A DNA stretch of 64,000 nucleotides, taken from NCBI GenBank assembly GCA_964016885.1, contig OZ024740.1, positions 372,248,001-372,312,000 on the forward strand. Reading direction: 5' to 3'. Shown piece by piece: positions 14,395-32,612 of the stretch (within the stretch, counting starts at the first letter, position 1; every line of letters starts with the position of its first letter). The DNA is from Eledone cirrhosa. Lineage: Eukaryota. The position numbers and the translations under genes are program-made. The notes under the pieces were generated by a model. The model did not search any database. It had not been told where the DNA came from and was given only the letters and a program-made list of their open reading frames with translations.

Positions 14395-14452
14395 ATACTA
14401 CGATCATTTCAATGACCGGGTTCCGTATGAATCCGGTGATATCATCAGGTAT
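14395..14452 (-). ncRNA. Type I hammerhead ribozyme motif (canonical core)
   Basis: Minus strand: atac CTGATGA tatcACCGGattcatacggaacCCGGTcatt GAAA tgatcg TA gtat, followed by aataaa. Stems I and II pair and the stem III region is near-palindromic. Confidence 0.75.
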
Positions 14453-14742
14453 TCGAAATATAACAAAGGGTCCGAAAAGCAGAGACAGAGAGGACATATA
14501 TTTAAGAGTGGAAGTCAGTGTTGCAGCATATATACAGACTTTATTTGCATATTACAATTGTTTCGATATCAATCAGATCAAAGTACAATCAAGGTGACGT
14601 GGCCCGACTGTCTTTTGTAACCACTCTCGTCGAGTGGTTAGAAATGCGCGCCGCCTGTGACTGTTGTTACACCCTTAACTAACATATATAGCTTCAAATT
14701 GGGCCGTTTGTTTACAAGCGAATCAAACATTAGTATTAATGT

Positions 14743-14840
<98 letters not shown>

Positions 14841-16439
14841 CTTGCATGCTTACATTTATGAATCTGCTGTTATAGGGCGAGAAATAAAATTCAAATTTTA
14901 TATATATATAGCTCAGTGATTATGAATATCATGAATATCTCTGATGAGAACTATCTCAGCGGAGCATCCAAAATATATCAGTAGCTTCAGAATTTGAATA
15001 ACTGTGACAACCCATACATCTACTAGATGTGTTTAAAATCTAAGTGCAAACAACAAAACATACCTATTGATTTTATCATTTCTATTTAAAGACCAGATCT
15101 ACTTTCATCCGCCTTGTCTTTATTTTCCCAAAATTAATATTTAGTGATATCATCTCTGTTGTTTGATTTTAGATTTAAACTCACACATATCCGCTTATAA
15201 GTTGCTAAAATAATATTTCTTAATCGAAATCTTTACACTTACTGTATTTAGAACATCACCACATGTGTAACTAATAATCAAAATATTCTTCTAAGATACT
15301 TGTTCTGAGACGTATTATTCGAAAATACATTATTGTATATGGCAACTACTACACATAATTTCTTTAAAACCTTATAATAAATTCTGTCTGTTGCAGGTAG
15401 AATTTGTTCATAACAATATAAAGTGGGAAGCTTTGAATGCTACATTTAAGCAACTGTGTGCTCGATTTCATATACAAGCGGCGATATAAGATATCAAAAG
15501 AACTTGGTAGGCGCGATCTATATTCCAGCAAAACTTATTGGAAGATACAAGATATAATCCTTATATTTGGCATGCTAAATATACAATAATGTATTTTATT
15601 TCCTCCGCGTATATTATAATTTACAATCACTTTGATTCTGAACCCAACAACGGAACGTTATCGCGTTCACTCGTCCAAATTACATGTTGCTGTCTTAAAA
15701 GAACATTTGAGATCACGTAATGATAGATATACGAGATGTCGAGTGGTTACAACCGGGACAACATTGAGTATAATGATTCTCAAACAGTATCCACCTGAGA
15801 CTAAACAACTGGACCATTGAGAGTTAAAAATACATTTACTATTCTTTGCCTCATTTATTTGTAGAGAATCCTTTAAATAATGTATCCATATCATCAAAAG
15901 CAATGTAGAATAAATACTTCAATTTTGTTATTAATAGTGAATCGAACATTTCATAAAGCCACTTCGATAACGAATTACATCAAGTTAGATAGGAAGAGAA
16001 AGCGCTGGCTGACAGAACAATCGGTAGCATGATGTATAGGAAAGCTTTGGGGCATGTAGTCTTGTCACGTAACATTCTTATTTCAAATCAGTTATACATG
16101 AATTTTATTTCAATCGTCATTACCCCTCATTTACTAATTTATTGCCTTTTTATACATGCATTACTAATTTGCCACTGCATTGTCAACATGATGAAAAACT
16201 GCCTCCAGAGGTATAAGTCAGTTATATCGATTGCATTTCATCTGGTAATTCGGTATGTAATATCATAAGAGAGAAAATACAAAATGGTTGTTTGCGTAAG
16301 AGGAGACAACTCGGTCCTAATTATATACCGTGGTACATTTCTGTTTCACCCTTTTAACTTTTTTGTTCATCCTACACACAAGCGCAGACACAGATATACA
16401 CGTAAAAGCAAACACACAGACAGACACACATATATATAT

Positions 16440-16490
<51 letters not shown>

Positions 16491-17078
16491 CATGAAGCAA
16501 GTAATATAACAAATTACATTACTATTTGCTTTACTAGAGCGATTAAATAAAAGAAATATAATAACGCTGCTAAGACATGACAGTAACACCACTTCAATTC
16601 ATATTACAGTAAAGGTGTCAAAAGAATGGCAATCTTAAAAGTTAGTAACGAAAATACACGTGAGCTATGAATTGTACTGTAATCTTTACTTGAACATTAC
16701 ATAATTGTTGAAAGCAAATGTATGAATGTGATATCCTTTATTGTTCTTAATTTTAATTTTATAATATTCAATTCGTCAGAATTGCAGATATTCATCTGAA
16801 AATTTGCACCAATGAAATGTGTAACAAAAAGAAGCAAGACAAATGTGTTAGTAGTAATAGTAGTGGTGGTGATCGTTAATAGTAAGGTAGTTTGCATTTT
16901 CGAAGTAGAAAACATGGTACATATGTCATTCCTCCACACATACAGTGAAATACAAATATATAAACTATTGTTATAATTATTTCTGTAATATAGACGCTCT
17001 TTTGCTAAAGCCGCACAGAAATACACATCCCTTTCCATATATATGTGCCGAAACCGCTTGTTGCCGCTGTTGGGAATT

Positions 17079-17165
<87 letters not shown>

Positions 17166-17419
17166 TACATATTTAGTACAGATAGACCTTGCAACCAATA
17201 TGACATAATTGAAATTCACTGAAATATGATTATTTAAAAGGTTTCGCAAAATATCGCATCGAGGTGCATTTACGTTAAGTATGAATATACATTAACGTCT
17301 AACACTTCATATAATAAGCTGGCATTTAATAAAAGATAATTGAGTTATAATATATAATTGTAATTTGTAATCCACCACACCCATAGACGCACTTACATAT
17401 ATACAACACTATTTGTGTA

Positions 17420-17525
17420 GACGCGTGATCTAGTGGTTAGCGTGATCGGATCACGGTTGCAGGCTGTGTCTTTCGGCAAGACACTTTATTTAACTTTCCT
17501 TTAATATATTCAGCTGGGAAAACAC
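17420..17525 (+). mobile_element. Degenerate CORE-type tRNA-derived SINE fragment
   Basis: A-box-like tgatctagtggttag and CORE-like gtgtctttcggcaagacactttattt. Confidence 0.55.
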
Positions 17526-18089
17526 GAGCTATAGCTTTACTCCATGAATCTTAGTCACGGTTGCTGTTGAGTTGTAATGGCTATATCAACAGCATCTGTT
17601 ACTGCTTGAGAGCTAGCTTATTCTAGTTGTTGAGGACAGTTGTAAACGTCCTGGAAGTGTTGTAACCTATTTGCTGCTTACTTTCGTTCAGTTGTTACAA
17701 CGGTGACAGTTTTACGTGTGACTGGGGCTCAGTTACTGGTTTTGCTACTGCAAAGCTGTTTTGTGATCTTATAAACAATACTAATATTTCTTCTAGCAGC
17801 AGCTCCCAGTTTTTCACGCCTTTCGTTTACAAAAACAACCCCTTAACTTTCCTGGTGCTCGTTTTGGCACTTTTCTCCTTGTACCAATAACAGTTTTTGA
17901 AGCAACGAAAAATGTGTCTATCTTTCAGTCCATTCTTTTAAACTATTACATTCAGCCATGTTCCAGTTGATAACCGTATCTTGTTCTTATGCTTCTACAA
18001 CCCAAGAACTTGTGTTCTTTTGAGGGTATCTTACATATATACATACATACTTATGTACTTAAGTATGTTTTTATATGTATTTATATATC

Positions 18090-21000
18090 TTCTTCTGGTT
18101 TTATAATTTCATAAATCTTTGCCAATAGGGAGAGAGTCGGTTTCTAACATGACTCTCTCATTGGAATTTACACAACATCATCTAGGTAGATATGTCTGCA
18201 TATCTTCATGCATGCATGTGTAGATATGGATGTTATTGTATGTGTGGATGTGTATGTGTTGAATTGTATGTGTGCATGTGTATATGCTTAGTATCTGTAC
18301 ATGTGTATATATGCAGTTATTAGGTGCAAACGTTTTGGAATGTTTTACATATTTTTACTGTTCCATTAATGAATTGTACTTGTAATTTCCTAACTAGTTG
18401 TGTTATTTCTGTTCCTGTGAAGCCAAGCTTCTCAAGATTTGTATTGAAGCAGTTACTAACATATACCAGTGCCCCAATAATCACAGGCGTAAATCTGAAG
18501 GTGTAATCAGGGTGGAGTATCTGCAGATTTCTCATCAGTTCTGCATAAATATTGTCCTTTTCGCTAATCTTTGATATTATATTGGCATCTGCTGTACAGC
18601 TAACTTCCACTACTGTGCATGCCTTATTTTCCCTGCCCCATATCATAATATCTGGTCTGTTATGCCAGCATTCTATTGGGGTTTTTACTGGAACATTCCA
18701 CCAATACTCTTTCATATTATGTATATGGATATCTTCCACATTGTTGTAGCTTTTAATGTGTTTATTATCGGGGCTATCTTTTCTACGGATTGAATTGTAC
18801 AGTGTTTTGACCACTACATTATGCCTCATAGGTAGATAGTACCGCGATTACATCTTTGGACAGCTGCTTATAACATGGGTGATATCCTCGATGTTAGTTC
18901 TGCAAAGTCTGCACTTGTTATCACTTCTAGCTGTTTTGCCTGCATCCCTATCTCTTTTGTGAATCAGGTATTTCGTGTTGATTTCCTGTTCTTGGATTGC
19001 AAAAGCGCATCCTTCAAAGTGGGTGCCAATATAGCGGTTGTTGGTTCAAGATAGACTACTTTCTTTATCTATATTACTCTCATTCTGGAGCTTCCTGGCA
19101 ACATATCCATGCATGATTCTTTGCTGATAAGGATGCAGTTTTTCATACATGGATTTACTGCGATAATGCTGAGCAACTTCCCTGGGTATGAGATTTTGAT
19201 TATCACACAGGGAATACCTCTCGAGGAGGATCCTTCCCAACTCTCATGATCTTATCTATTTCATGCAGATAGACTTGCTCGAGAAACGGGCTCCTACGCT
19301 TTGAGATTCGTAGATGTTGTCGGAAGGATATGATGCGACATTCAAATGCTGTCTGGACTGATGTTAGGCCTCTGCTTACGTTTCAAGTAAAGGCGGTCTA
19401 TATCACTGTTGATGTGGAAGATTCCGGTGTTGTTTAGTATTTTTCGAGTTCTAACATCAATCACTCGGATTTCGTCTATCGTCCAATTGAGTATTCCAAA
19501 CGTTGGTGTTAGGGCAGGCACAGCAAACATATCGTGAGCCACTGTTTTGTTTTGCGCAGAGAGTTCCGATGACCATATCTTTCTTAATCAGGTGTAGTAT
19601 TCCCTGGTTACGCGTTCTTTATTACAGAGACCATTATAGGATATGTTCTCATCTATCCCCATGTATCTGTAGCAGTCCTCGTCAGATATTGGTGAAGCAG
19701 TTAGGCAATTGATATAAATGTTGCTAGATTGGGTTGTTGTTTTTCCCCGCTTTACAGTCATATATGAGCATTTATCTTGACCAAATTCCATTCCTATATC
19801 CTTTGAGAACGTTGTAACCAGGGCAGATTTTTCTTCATCCCATCCCTGTTCTTGGCATAGAGTTTCAGATCGTCCACAAAGAAATTAAGAGCCAATGATG
19901 TATCCCTCACATTTCTTGAGCAGAAAGGACAAGGGGTTTAATGACAAGATGAATAATATCACAGAGAGACTGTCCCCTTGAAATATACCACTGCAATATT
20001 TTATTTTATCAGTAAAAATAGAGTCCTCCCTCTCTGTCTTTAACCTTAGGAGAGTAGCCCAAGAAGAAGACAGCCTCTCTATGGCTCTGACAATAATGTC
20101 TGGGACTTTAGCAAGTTACAGGGCCTCTATCAGCCAAGAGTGGGGAATAGAATCGAAAGCTTTCCTGTAGTCCAGCCAGACAGTAGTCATATTCCTCCTA
20201 AGTTGTCGCATCTCCGACATCGCAGTTTTGTTGATTAGGAGTTGTTCAGCACATCCCCAAACCCTTTTCTTTCCAGCTGCTTGTTCATCTGTGATGATGT
20301 TATTATTTTCACAGTGATCTTGGAGGAATAGGTTCAGGCAGGCTGTATATATCTTATACATCAGGTTCTGGCATGCAATGGGTCGGTAGTTTTTTGCCAA
20401 GTGGTGTCTTTGTTCTTGGGGACCAGTAATGTTTGTGCTAATGTCAACCATTCTGGTATAAGTGTATCTTCCTTAAGAACTTGTTGGTAGAGGTCAGTAA
20501 GATACCTCCGATAGAATATCAGTCTTTTGTACCAGTAGCTGACAATTATGTCTCTTCCTGGTGTTTTCTTATCTTGGAGTTTTCCTATCACAGTCTCAAG
20601 TGTACCCTCACTTATTTCGTATGTTTTTGTTGTAGTGTAGGAGCAATAGTTCTTTCGGATTTCTCTTAGATCTTGGTTGATATTCTTCTTTTCACCCCAT
20701 ATCCATATTTTTCTCCAAAAGGAATCTATATCTTTCTGGGATGGGGCCTCAGTGACACTTATTATTTTGCCCTTCATATCTCTATAGACTGATGTTTGGT
20801 TTCGTCTGAATCTTATATTAAGCACTTTTCTCTCATCTACCTTCTTCAGATATCGGCGTTTGCCGCTAACAGCTCTTAATTCTTGTTTGAGGGTGATCAG
20901 CTTATATTGGAGAGTTCTGGTACTACTGTTACCAAACATCGTCTCTATTTTATTTTTCACTCTTTGTTGGTGAGGAGTGAGGTTTTTGTGTGTTTGTTTG

Positions 21001-21990
21001 CATGTAAGGAGCATTGTCACATATCCTATGTTTTTTCGTAGGTCAGCAATCTTTTTATCTATTTTAGTTATATATGATGGTATTTTTGGTAGTGTTTTGC
21101 TCTTGTTAATATCTCTGCTATCACCAAGATAATGCTTCACTGTCGTTGCTATTGCATATAAACAGCCGTTGATTTGCCAAAATGTTGGGGTTTTTATCCG
21201 TCGTAAATATTCATCCCCTATTTCGTCAATAACACGTAGTATTTCATTATTTGGTTTGTTATTCAACATTGTCGTTTTAACACGTTCAGCAAGAGAGATA
21301 TTTATACATGAGTTAATTTCTCTCTGGAAGATTTCGTTGAGGGAAATTTTCAATTGTTTATACGTTTGATTATCATTATTGTTAGTATTGAAGGGCGTGG
21401 ATTGGCAGTATCAGTAGAGAGTCGGACGCCATGCTTTCCAGCATAGTTACGTCCCTTTACGATCTGAGTTCAAATCCCGCCGAGGTTGACTTTGCCTTTC
21501 ATCCTTACGGGGTCGATAAAACAAAGTACCAGTAATGCACTGGGTAATTGCTGGCCTTGTGCCTAAAGTAGAAACAATTATTGTTAGTATTGTCCACAAC
21601 AATCGAGGTAGACTCAGATGGTACACGTGGTGTCATATTTATTCGATTATTATTATTATCGATAGTGTTTTTCCCAGCATTCGAGGTAGACTTAGATAGT
21701 ACAGGTGGTGTCAAGATTCTTACAGGCATAGTTGTTTCAAGGCGCTTTTCGACCTGGCTGCAGGTAGCATGGCGACCTGTGGCACGTGTTGTTGATAACA
21801 TATTTGTTGTGGGGGACTTACAATTAATAATATTTATCTTATTTTTACGTTCAACAAACGTCGCTTGTTGGCGTAATTGTTTCGCTGTGAAATAATTTAG
21901 CTCTGGGTGCATTTCATCCCAGTCTAGCTTCATTCTATTCATATAGCCAATGGAGGGATTGTTTTTTTGCCATTTTATAACAATTAAATA
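18090..21990 (-). mobile_element. Near-full-length decayed R4/Dong-like non-LTR retrotransposon (RT, CCHC knuckle, RLE endonuclease), interrupted by a SINE
   Basis: Frameshifted pieces NYRPIACQNLMYK, WLDYRKAFDSIPH, GIFQGDSLS, FVDDLKLYA, CRLCRTNIEDITHVISSC (CX2CX8HX4C) and RHN...HNRPDIMI...VVEVS...K (PD-(D/E)xK nuclease). A 3' UTR hairpin gagagagtc/gactctctc lies at ~18130-18160. Confidence 0.9.
21391..21576 (+). mobile_element. tRNA-derived SINE inserted into the R4-like LINE with a 16-bp target-site duplication
   Basis: A box tggcagtatcag, B box gagttcaaatcc and the central domain. TSD attattgttagtattg at 21375-21390 and 21577-21592. Confidence 0.92.
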
Positions 21991-22902
21991 AATCATTATT
22001 AAGTTCGCAACTCCAAGAGAAATGCGATTTATAATTTCGGTTTCTTCTGTAGCTACAACTGAATAAAGTTTGATTACCTTCCTTGTTATTTGTCTTCGGT
22101 ACTTCCTTAATTTTGCTGTTGATGTTGTGTTCAGCAAGGCTGTTTGTAGCAAATCCTTGTAAAATGAATTATGTATTTAGTTGGATATCTCTACGAATTC
22201 GAATAAAAGGTGTCTTCAGAAGGGATAGTTAGAAGAATGACCAGTTATTCAACCTGACTGTAGTTGTGGCATTACTGTCGGAGATAGTATTCATCTTAAA
22301 TTTAATGAATAGTCTCCCACCCCAAAATATGCGACTGATCGCGTTGACTGTCTAGTATGTATGTATGTTTGTATGTATGTATTTACGTAGTGCTTTGTTC
22401 ATTTCACGCATTTGACTGGCGATGCAAGTTGATATACTTCTTCCTATATATATTTATGTAATTATTCACTTATCTGATCAAAAAAGTGTTTCAGATATGA
22501 CTGATAATGTACAAAGGAATGTATTACTATATAGTGAAGGTACTGTTGCAGATACGGCATTTATGTATATAGTTTTCTTGTTACTTGAAGTTTGTTCTGA
22601 ACAATGGTAAAACTACTAATGAGATCTAAGACAATTTCACTTTTTTCAAACTCGAAATTATACTTTGACTTTGATGTATACAGACATTTCTTTTGCGCAG
22701 AATATACTGTTGATATTTAGATTAATGTTAATGTGCTGCAATTAGATATGTGTTGACATTTGCTTTGCTTATATCTATTACTCCAAGATAGCAAATTGAA
22801 AAGAAGAAAATCTATATTTCAGAATGCTGAGAAACTGAATTTCTTTCATGTCAAAGAAGTAATGAAGAAATACAAAGAGATTCCGGCATGCGTATGCATT
22901 TG

Positions 22903-26240
<3,338 letters not shown>

Positions 26241-28010
26241 CGCATTGTGTCCAGGTCAGATTGCAGGTAAGATCTATAGTGTTCAGGATCTGTCCTTTTT
26301 ATCTCAAGGTACAGCTTGATGTCATGTGCATATTTCAGTACCGTGGCATTCTTTAAGTTGGCCTTTATGTCATTAATATATGCCACAAACAAAAGAGGGC
26401 CAAGAATGGTACACCAGATGACTTATAATATGGTGAGGAATGCTGTCCTAGAATCGTGACTACCTCTCTTCGACTGAGGATGACGGACTTCAACCACTTA
26501 AAAAGGTCATCCTTCACACCCATTGCAGAGAGTTTTGCCATAAGCCTTTTGTGTGTCACAGAATTGAAAGCTTTAGCAACGTCAAGGTAAACAACATCCA
26601 CACATGACCCGTCATCAGTGATCCGGGTGAAGTCTTCAAGAAACTCGATAAGTTGATCACAGCAGCTGGAGTTAGGGATAAATCCAAATTGCGAGGGCCG
26701 GATAAGACTGTGAGAGTTCCAGAAGTTCCAAAGTGTTTTTATGACACAGGATTCCATCAGTTTGGCTATGCAGCTAGTAAGACCGACTGGCGATACTTCA
26801 CAGGTGATGTGCGGTTACCCATTTTGAACATAGGAATCACATTGGCAGTTTTCCACTGTACTGGAGTAACACCGTTGTTCAGACAGAATTGGAAGAAGCG
26901 TGATAGCTAGTGTAGAAGGAAGTACCCACCACGTTTGAGAAGCAGGCACGTAAACCATCAAGAACTGGAGAGGCAGGGTTGCGTTTATTTTTAAGGTGAC
27001 GTCGCAGTACTGCAAGTGTAAATTCCATAGTTGTAATAGAATCCGGTGTCATAGGTGGTGGAGACGGTACACTCTAGTCTTCAATAGTGAAAATGCCTGC
27101 ATAGCATTCAGCAATGAGCTCTGAGCATTCTTTAGTCTCGTCAGTAACCTGGCTTGTGTGGGGATTGCCAAGAGGACCAACTGGAGAGTGAGGCTTCTGC
27201 TTTGAGTGAACATACTTCCAGAACACCTTACTGTCAGGGCTGGTTGTTATGCGCTGCTCAAATTGAAGCACTGCCTTTTCTGTCACCTGTTTGAGATGGT
27301 TGGATGATTTATTTCGCCTTTTCCTATTGATATCTGATTTATGCAGTTTGTACTCATGTTCAGCATTGCAACGTTCTTTCACTGGCAAGACGGACTCCTG
27401 CAGTCTCCCAAATTGCACTTTTGGGATGTTTGTTCTGCTTCCGTAGCACCGATGCTGCACATGCTGTCCATATTGAGCTTAGGATGTTCTGGAGTACAGT
27501 GTTGACATCTCCAGAGTCGTAGAAATCAAGCCAGTTTGGACGTTGCAACTCGGTGCAGTAACAATTCCAGTCTGCTTTATTCCAGTGAAAGTAAGCAGTA
27601 TGGAGATGGTTGTGGATTTTGTTACTGCCCATGAGGGATAGATTGGCAATGATCATAGCATGATCAGAGTCCCCTAAAGATTCCTCAGCAGTAATACTAA
27701 TAACCGTTTCAGGAGTACTGGTGAAGAGTAGGTCCAAAGTGTTGTCACTTCTTGTTGGGTAGGTGACTACGTGGGACCAATTCGAATCGAGCACTAGCTC
27801 AAGGAAGTCATTTGCACTTGGTGGCCAACGAAAGGTTTCCCAGTCAACCTCATGGTGATTGAAGTCCCCTGCAATAATAACATAAGTGGCTGTTTTCCTG
27901 GCAGAAACTCTGAGGATATCACAAAGTTGAGTGTCCTGATGGTAATTTGGGGGACGGTAAACGACTCCAAGAGCAGTGTTGACATGGTCATACGTATGTC
28001 GCAGAAAAAT
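26241..28010 (-). mobile_element. CR1/L2-group LINE ORF2 fragment (end of APE, then RT), decayed and 3'-truncated
   Basis: PTRSDNTLDLLFT, LGDSDHAMI, KVFWKYV, QFGFIPNSSCCDQL, VDVVYLDVAKAFNSV, SGVP and LKYAHDIKLY (degenerate YADD). Confidence 0.88.
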
Positions 28011-28014
28011 ACTT

Positions 28015-28061
<47 letters not shown>

Positions 28062-28080
28062 TTATATATATACATATAGA

Positions 28081-28169
<89 letters not shown>

Positions 28170-28340
28170 CCTTATGTATGTATGTATGTTTGCATGTATG
28201 TGTGAGTGCTTATGTAAATATATGTATAAATGTTTTTGAAACATTCAGTAAATTTCGATTATATATTGCCTTTTTAAAGCCAGCCTAATGCAGATGAATT
28301 ATATATATGATATTCGCATAAATGCTCAACAGACTATGCA

Positions 28341-28439
<99 letters not shown>

Positions 28440-28474
28440 CAGATACATAAATATGTAGACAAAAAGATACTTAC

Positions 28475-28665
28475 CATCGATTCCTTAGAACCCAACGGTA
28501 CTTCAAGTTTAATAAATAAGATTTTGGCGACAACACCGAAGCATATTTTTTTAAGGATCATAGGCACCTCGTAGCCTCTTGTTCCTTTGTGGTGGATGTT
28601 CAGTGTTAATACTGTCATTCCAGTTGCGAAGGACACAATTGCAATAGTGATACCATAATACAAAC
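28475..28665 (-). CDS. M3 exon of the same nAChR-like subunit
   Basis: Acceptor ttcag|GT TTG TAT is phase 1, the usual position after VPLIG in nAChRs. Donor ATG|gtaagt at 28474. Translation (G)LYYGITIAIVSFATGMTVLTLNIHHKGTRGYEVPMILKKICFGVVAKILFIKLEVPLGSKESM contains M3, LNIHH and the MX helix. The 191-nt exon ends in phase 0. Confidence 0.93.
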
Positions 28666-28770
28666 CTGAAATATAAAACGTTTATATTATATTATACATA
28701 CATACACATATATATATATACACACAAACATACACACACCCATGCACACATGCATACATACATACATACA

Positions 28771-28852
<82 letters not shown>

Positions 28853-29483
28853 GATAAATCAGTTTATAGATATAACGTTATATTATTAAAATGTTTAATA
28901 TATCAGAGAGAGATCATTGTATTAATATATTTCTATTTCCTCCTAAAAATTAGTTCCATATCTCAATAAGTTAGCTACTTCTAAAAAACTGTCAAGGCGT
29001 GTGTTATATTAAAAAAATTGTTTATTTTAATTTGGCAAGAAACAGTCTAAGCCATCAATTACTTAGATAGTTTCATTCAAAAGCCACTTCATAGCATAAT
29101 CGACAGTGGTTTCTTAGAGTTATTAAACTTTACGCATTCGATATTTCATCTTCTTATTCCTTCCTTTTATCACCCTATTAATTCTATTCATCTATACTAA
29201 CTTATTCCATCTGTCCATTTTGACTTAGACATAACCATATTAATTTTGATACAGAATGTTTGGGTATATTCTCAAGAAACCGCTTTCTTATAAACTACTT
29301 AAAATGTTAATGATGTACGAGGTGAAAATAAAGAAAATAATAGATTCTGAAAGATAACTAAATTTAAATCGGAAAGGACAAATAATAGATAGACCAACAT
29401 TTGGTAAACTATTCACGCACAAAGGTATATATACTCTCTTTCTCACATACACAACAAACAAACACACAGACACCACACACACG

Positions 29484-29574
<91 letters not shown>

Positions 29575-29589
29575 ATATATATATGTATA

Positions 29590-29635
<46 letters not shown>

Positions 29636-29656
29636 ATGTGTAAATATATATATATG

Positions 29657-29734
<78 letters not shown>

Positions 29735-29965
29735 TGTGTGTGTATATATATGTATATATATATATATATATGCGTGTGTGTATATATATATATATGCATC
29801 CGTTCAGAAAGATATAAACCTACATTTGGTAACCTATGTACAAACTTACACACCCGAATGTAAGCAAGCACACCACACACACACACAGATAGATAGATAG
29901 AGAGAGAGAGAGAGACAGACACACACACATATCATATATATATATTTATATATATGTATATATAT

Positions 29966-30050
<85 letters not shown>

Positions 30051-32535
30051 CATATATATATATATAATTTCTTCTTATACATATATATGCATACGTACAT
30101 CAAGATACAGACGTAGATAGAGAGAGGAAAGTTAAAAGATTATCACAAGAGAAACAAACAGAGAGAGAAAGAAAGAGTGAGAGAGGGAAATTTTACGAAA
30201 TTTCCCCGGAGTTAGCTAATTCTGAAATATATCGATACAAACTAGTCGAAATCATTTTCACACCAAGTACGTCAGTGAAATTTATTACTTCTTGTCTTAG
30301 AAACATTGTGTTTGCAACTATACGAATAAGATTTACATCGCAAAGCAAGTCACTAGACTATGAGAAAATCTTAAAACGTGATATTTATCGAATTATCTAA
30401 TAAAAATAAATTGTTGTGATAAAAAAAAGATAAAAAAAACAAAAAAAAAATTCGGTCTATCCAAGTAAATTTCCAGTCTTATTCAACTTACTGCGCAGAA
30501 TAGCAGTTTATGTTGACTAAGTATTATATCAATTTTCCAAGTCACGAAATGTATACTTCTTTCTGCTAATATCTGAACACAGATTTTTGAGGTATTGTTG
30601 AATATAATATTGATTTCTAACTTAGATAGATAACCAGGCTTTGTAAGGTAGAATCGTCGGTACTTGGATGATACCTCAATTGTACGAATATAAAACAATG
30701 AAAGAAAATTTACCTCATCCTATTTTGTACTAAAACACTAAAGGGGCTCAACGTAATTTAATACAATGCGACATCTTAACCGACACTTTCCCCAATTCTA
30801 TCACTCAACTCCACTGATAATATTTAATAACAATGATTAAGTAAGTAAATTAACATTTTTCATAGAGATTAGATAAATAGACTAGGCTATTAATTTCTGG
30901 TAATTGCCTCGTAAAAGATTCGGCGAAAGTAAAAGTTTACCTTTGATATCATCAAAGTTTTGATTAGTTCTGATGCCAGAATCGCCGTGGAGACCGAAGA
31001 GAAACCTTACTTGATTTCTTTTCTTGGAGTATAAATTTGTTTACACATAGTCAGTTCTATACCAGTTTTCATTTGAACTATGTTATCTCAGATTTGTGTA
31101 AGGTCGTATAAGGTTGTATTACTTCAAGTCCTTAGAATGAAGTACACAGTGGACTAAGACTGAATTATGTAATGCAGTCTACTTACCTTATTTCTACCGA
31201 ATTGCAACTATTTTGTCAAATAGCATAAGAAAAAACAAATATGAAAGTAACAGTGTGTTATATTTGTCTTTGATATATGTGCCTTATTAAAAAGAAGACA
31301 AAAATACCTTTTTTTTGCAAACATACACTATGTACTTTAGAAGATCCACATCTTGCTCAAGTTAAGGAGGGTACATTTACTTTCAGCTAATTAGCAGTCA
31401 TATCATAATCATTAGCAGTATATAAAACCATAGATAAATACTCCACGTGGGAAACATCAGTCGGTCTGAGAGCTGATGAGGTAAAAAGTTATTATTGCTG
31501 ATACAACTGTAACACTTAGCATTACTGGACTTTCCTTAAAGACGGGATCTTTATATTGGCTTTTACTCTCATTCATACAAAAATACTATTTTTCTGAATT
31601 TTGTAAACTGTACGTTGGTATTTCAAAGTCCTGGATTGTTGAGAGTGCACTGCCTAGTCCATCCAACGTTCGTCGAGTTATACATAATACTGGTTTATGT
31701 GATTTCCGAGTAATGCTATAATCTGTCTGCTAGTAACTAGGTAGAATATATAGTCGTATTAGGTAGAATATATAGTCGTATTTAGAGGTTTAATTTACTA
31801 GTGTTTCTTGGCCTTGAAATTTTGAGTTCCAATTCTTACTCTTGCACGAACTATCAGAAGTTAAGATGAGACAAGTATAGATGTGAATGAGATTTAATTG
31901 CTTATTCTCTCAAAGTTAAATATCTACCGTATATATATTTAAATTGAAATCGGGTTTCCAAAAGTCTTTAATGGACAGAAACAGGATTCTTAACTCATTA
32001 CACAAAAATATGGAAACATACGCTGTATATGAGTGGAGAAAACCGTTTAACACAACATCTAGTAAACACATACATCAACTGAAAGCATAACAAAACAAAT
32101 TACTTACCGCTTGAGTTTCATTGGGATTTCATTAATTACCTGATAAAGTATGATGGCGTTGCAATCGACAGGAATCTTCAAACAAAGATCGTTCAAGAGA
32201 ACCAGAAGGCAACACAACCCAAAACAACAAAAGTCTGGTGTTTTGTGAGTATGTTGACGTATAAAATACAGATATCTTATCACCTGTTATATAATCTCAT
32301 TAAAAGGATTTAAAATACATTTCTGTTTGTTAACGAAAATTATTTTATATGCGAAATAATTTATTTATGAAGTGTTTATGTAATTATCATCCCCATAATT
32401 ATAATACCAGAGAAATAAGATTATTTGTCGAGGAAATTTCATAATTCATATAGTTGAAGATATTCATAGAAAAATGTAAACGTGCACATGCCAACATATA
32501 TATATGTAATAGGTATATATATATATATATGTAAT

Positions 32536-32612
<77 letters not shown>

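Noticed and set aside
14935-14990. CTGATGA hammerhead-like start
   Set aside because: Lacks GAAA (reads CAAA) and has no convincing stem I or II; at best a dead remnant.
32108-32139. Possible 32-nt minus-strand microexon (cag|...|gtaagt)
   Set aside because: No nAChR-like peptide in any frame, and no independent support.
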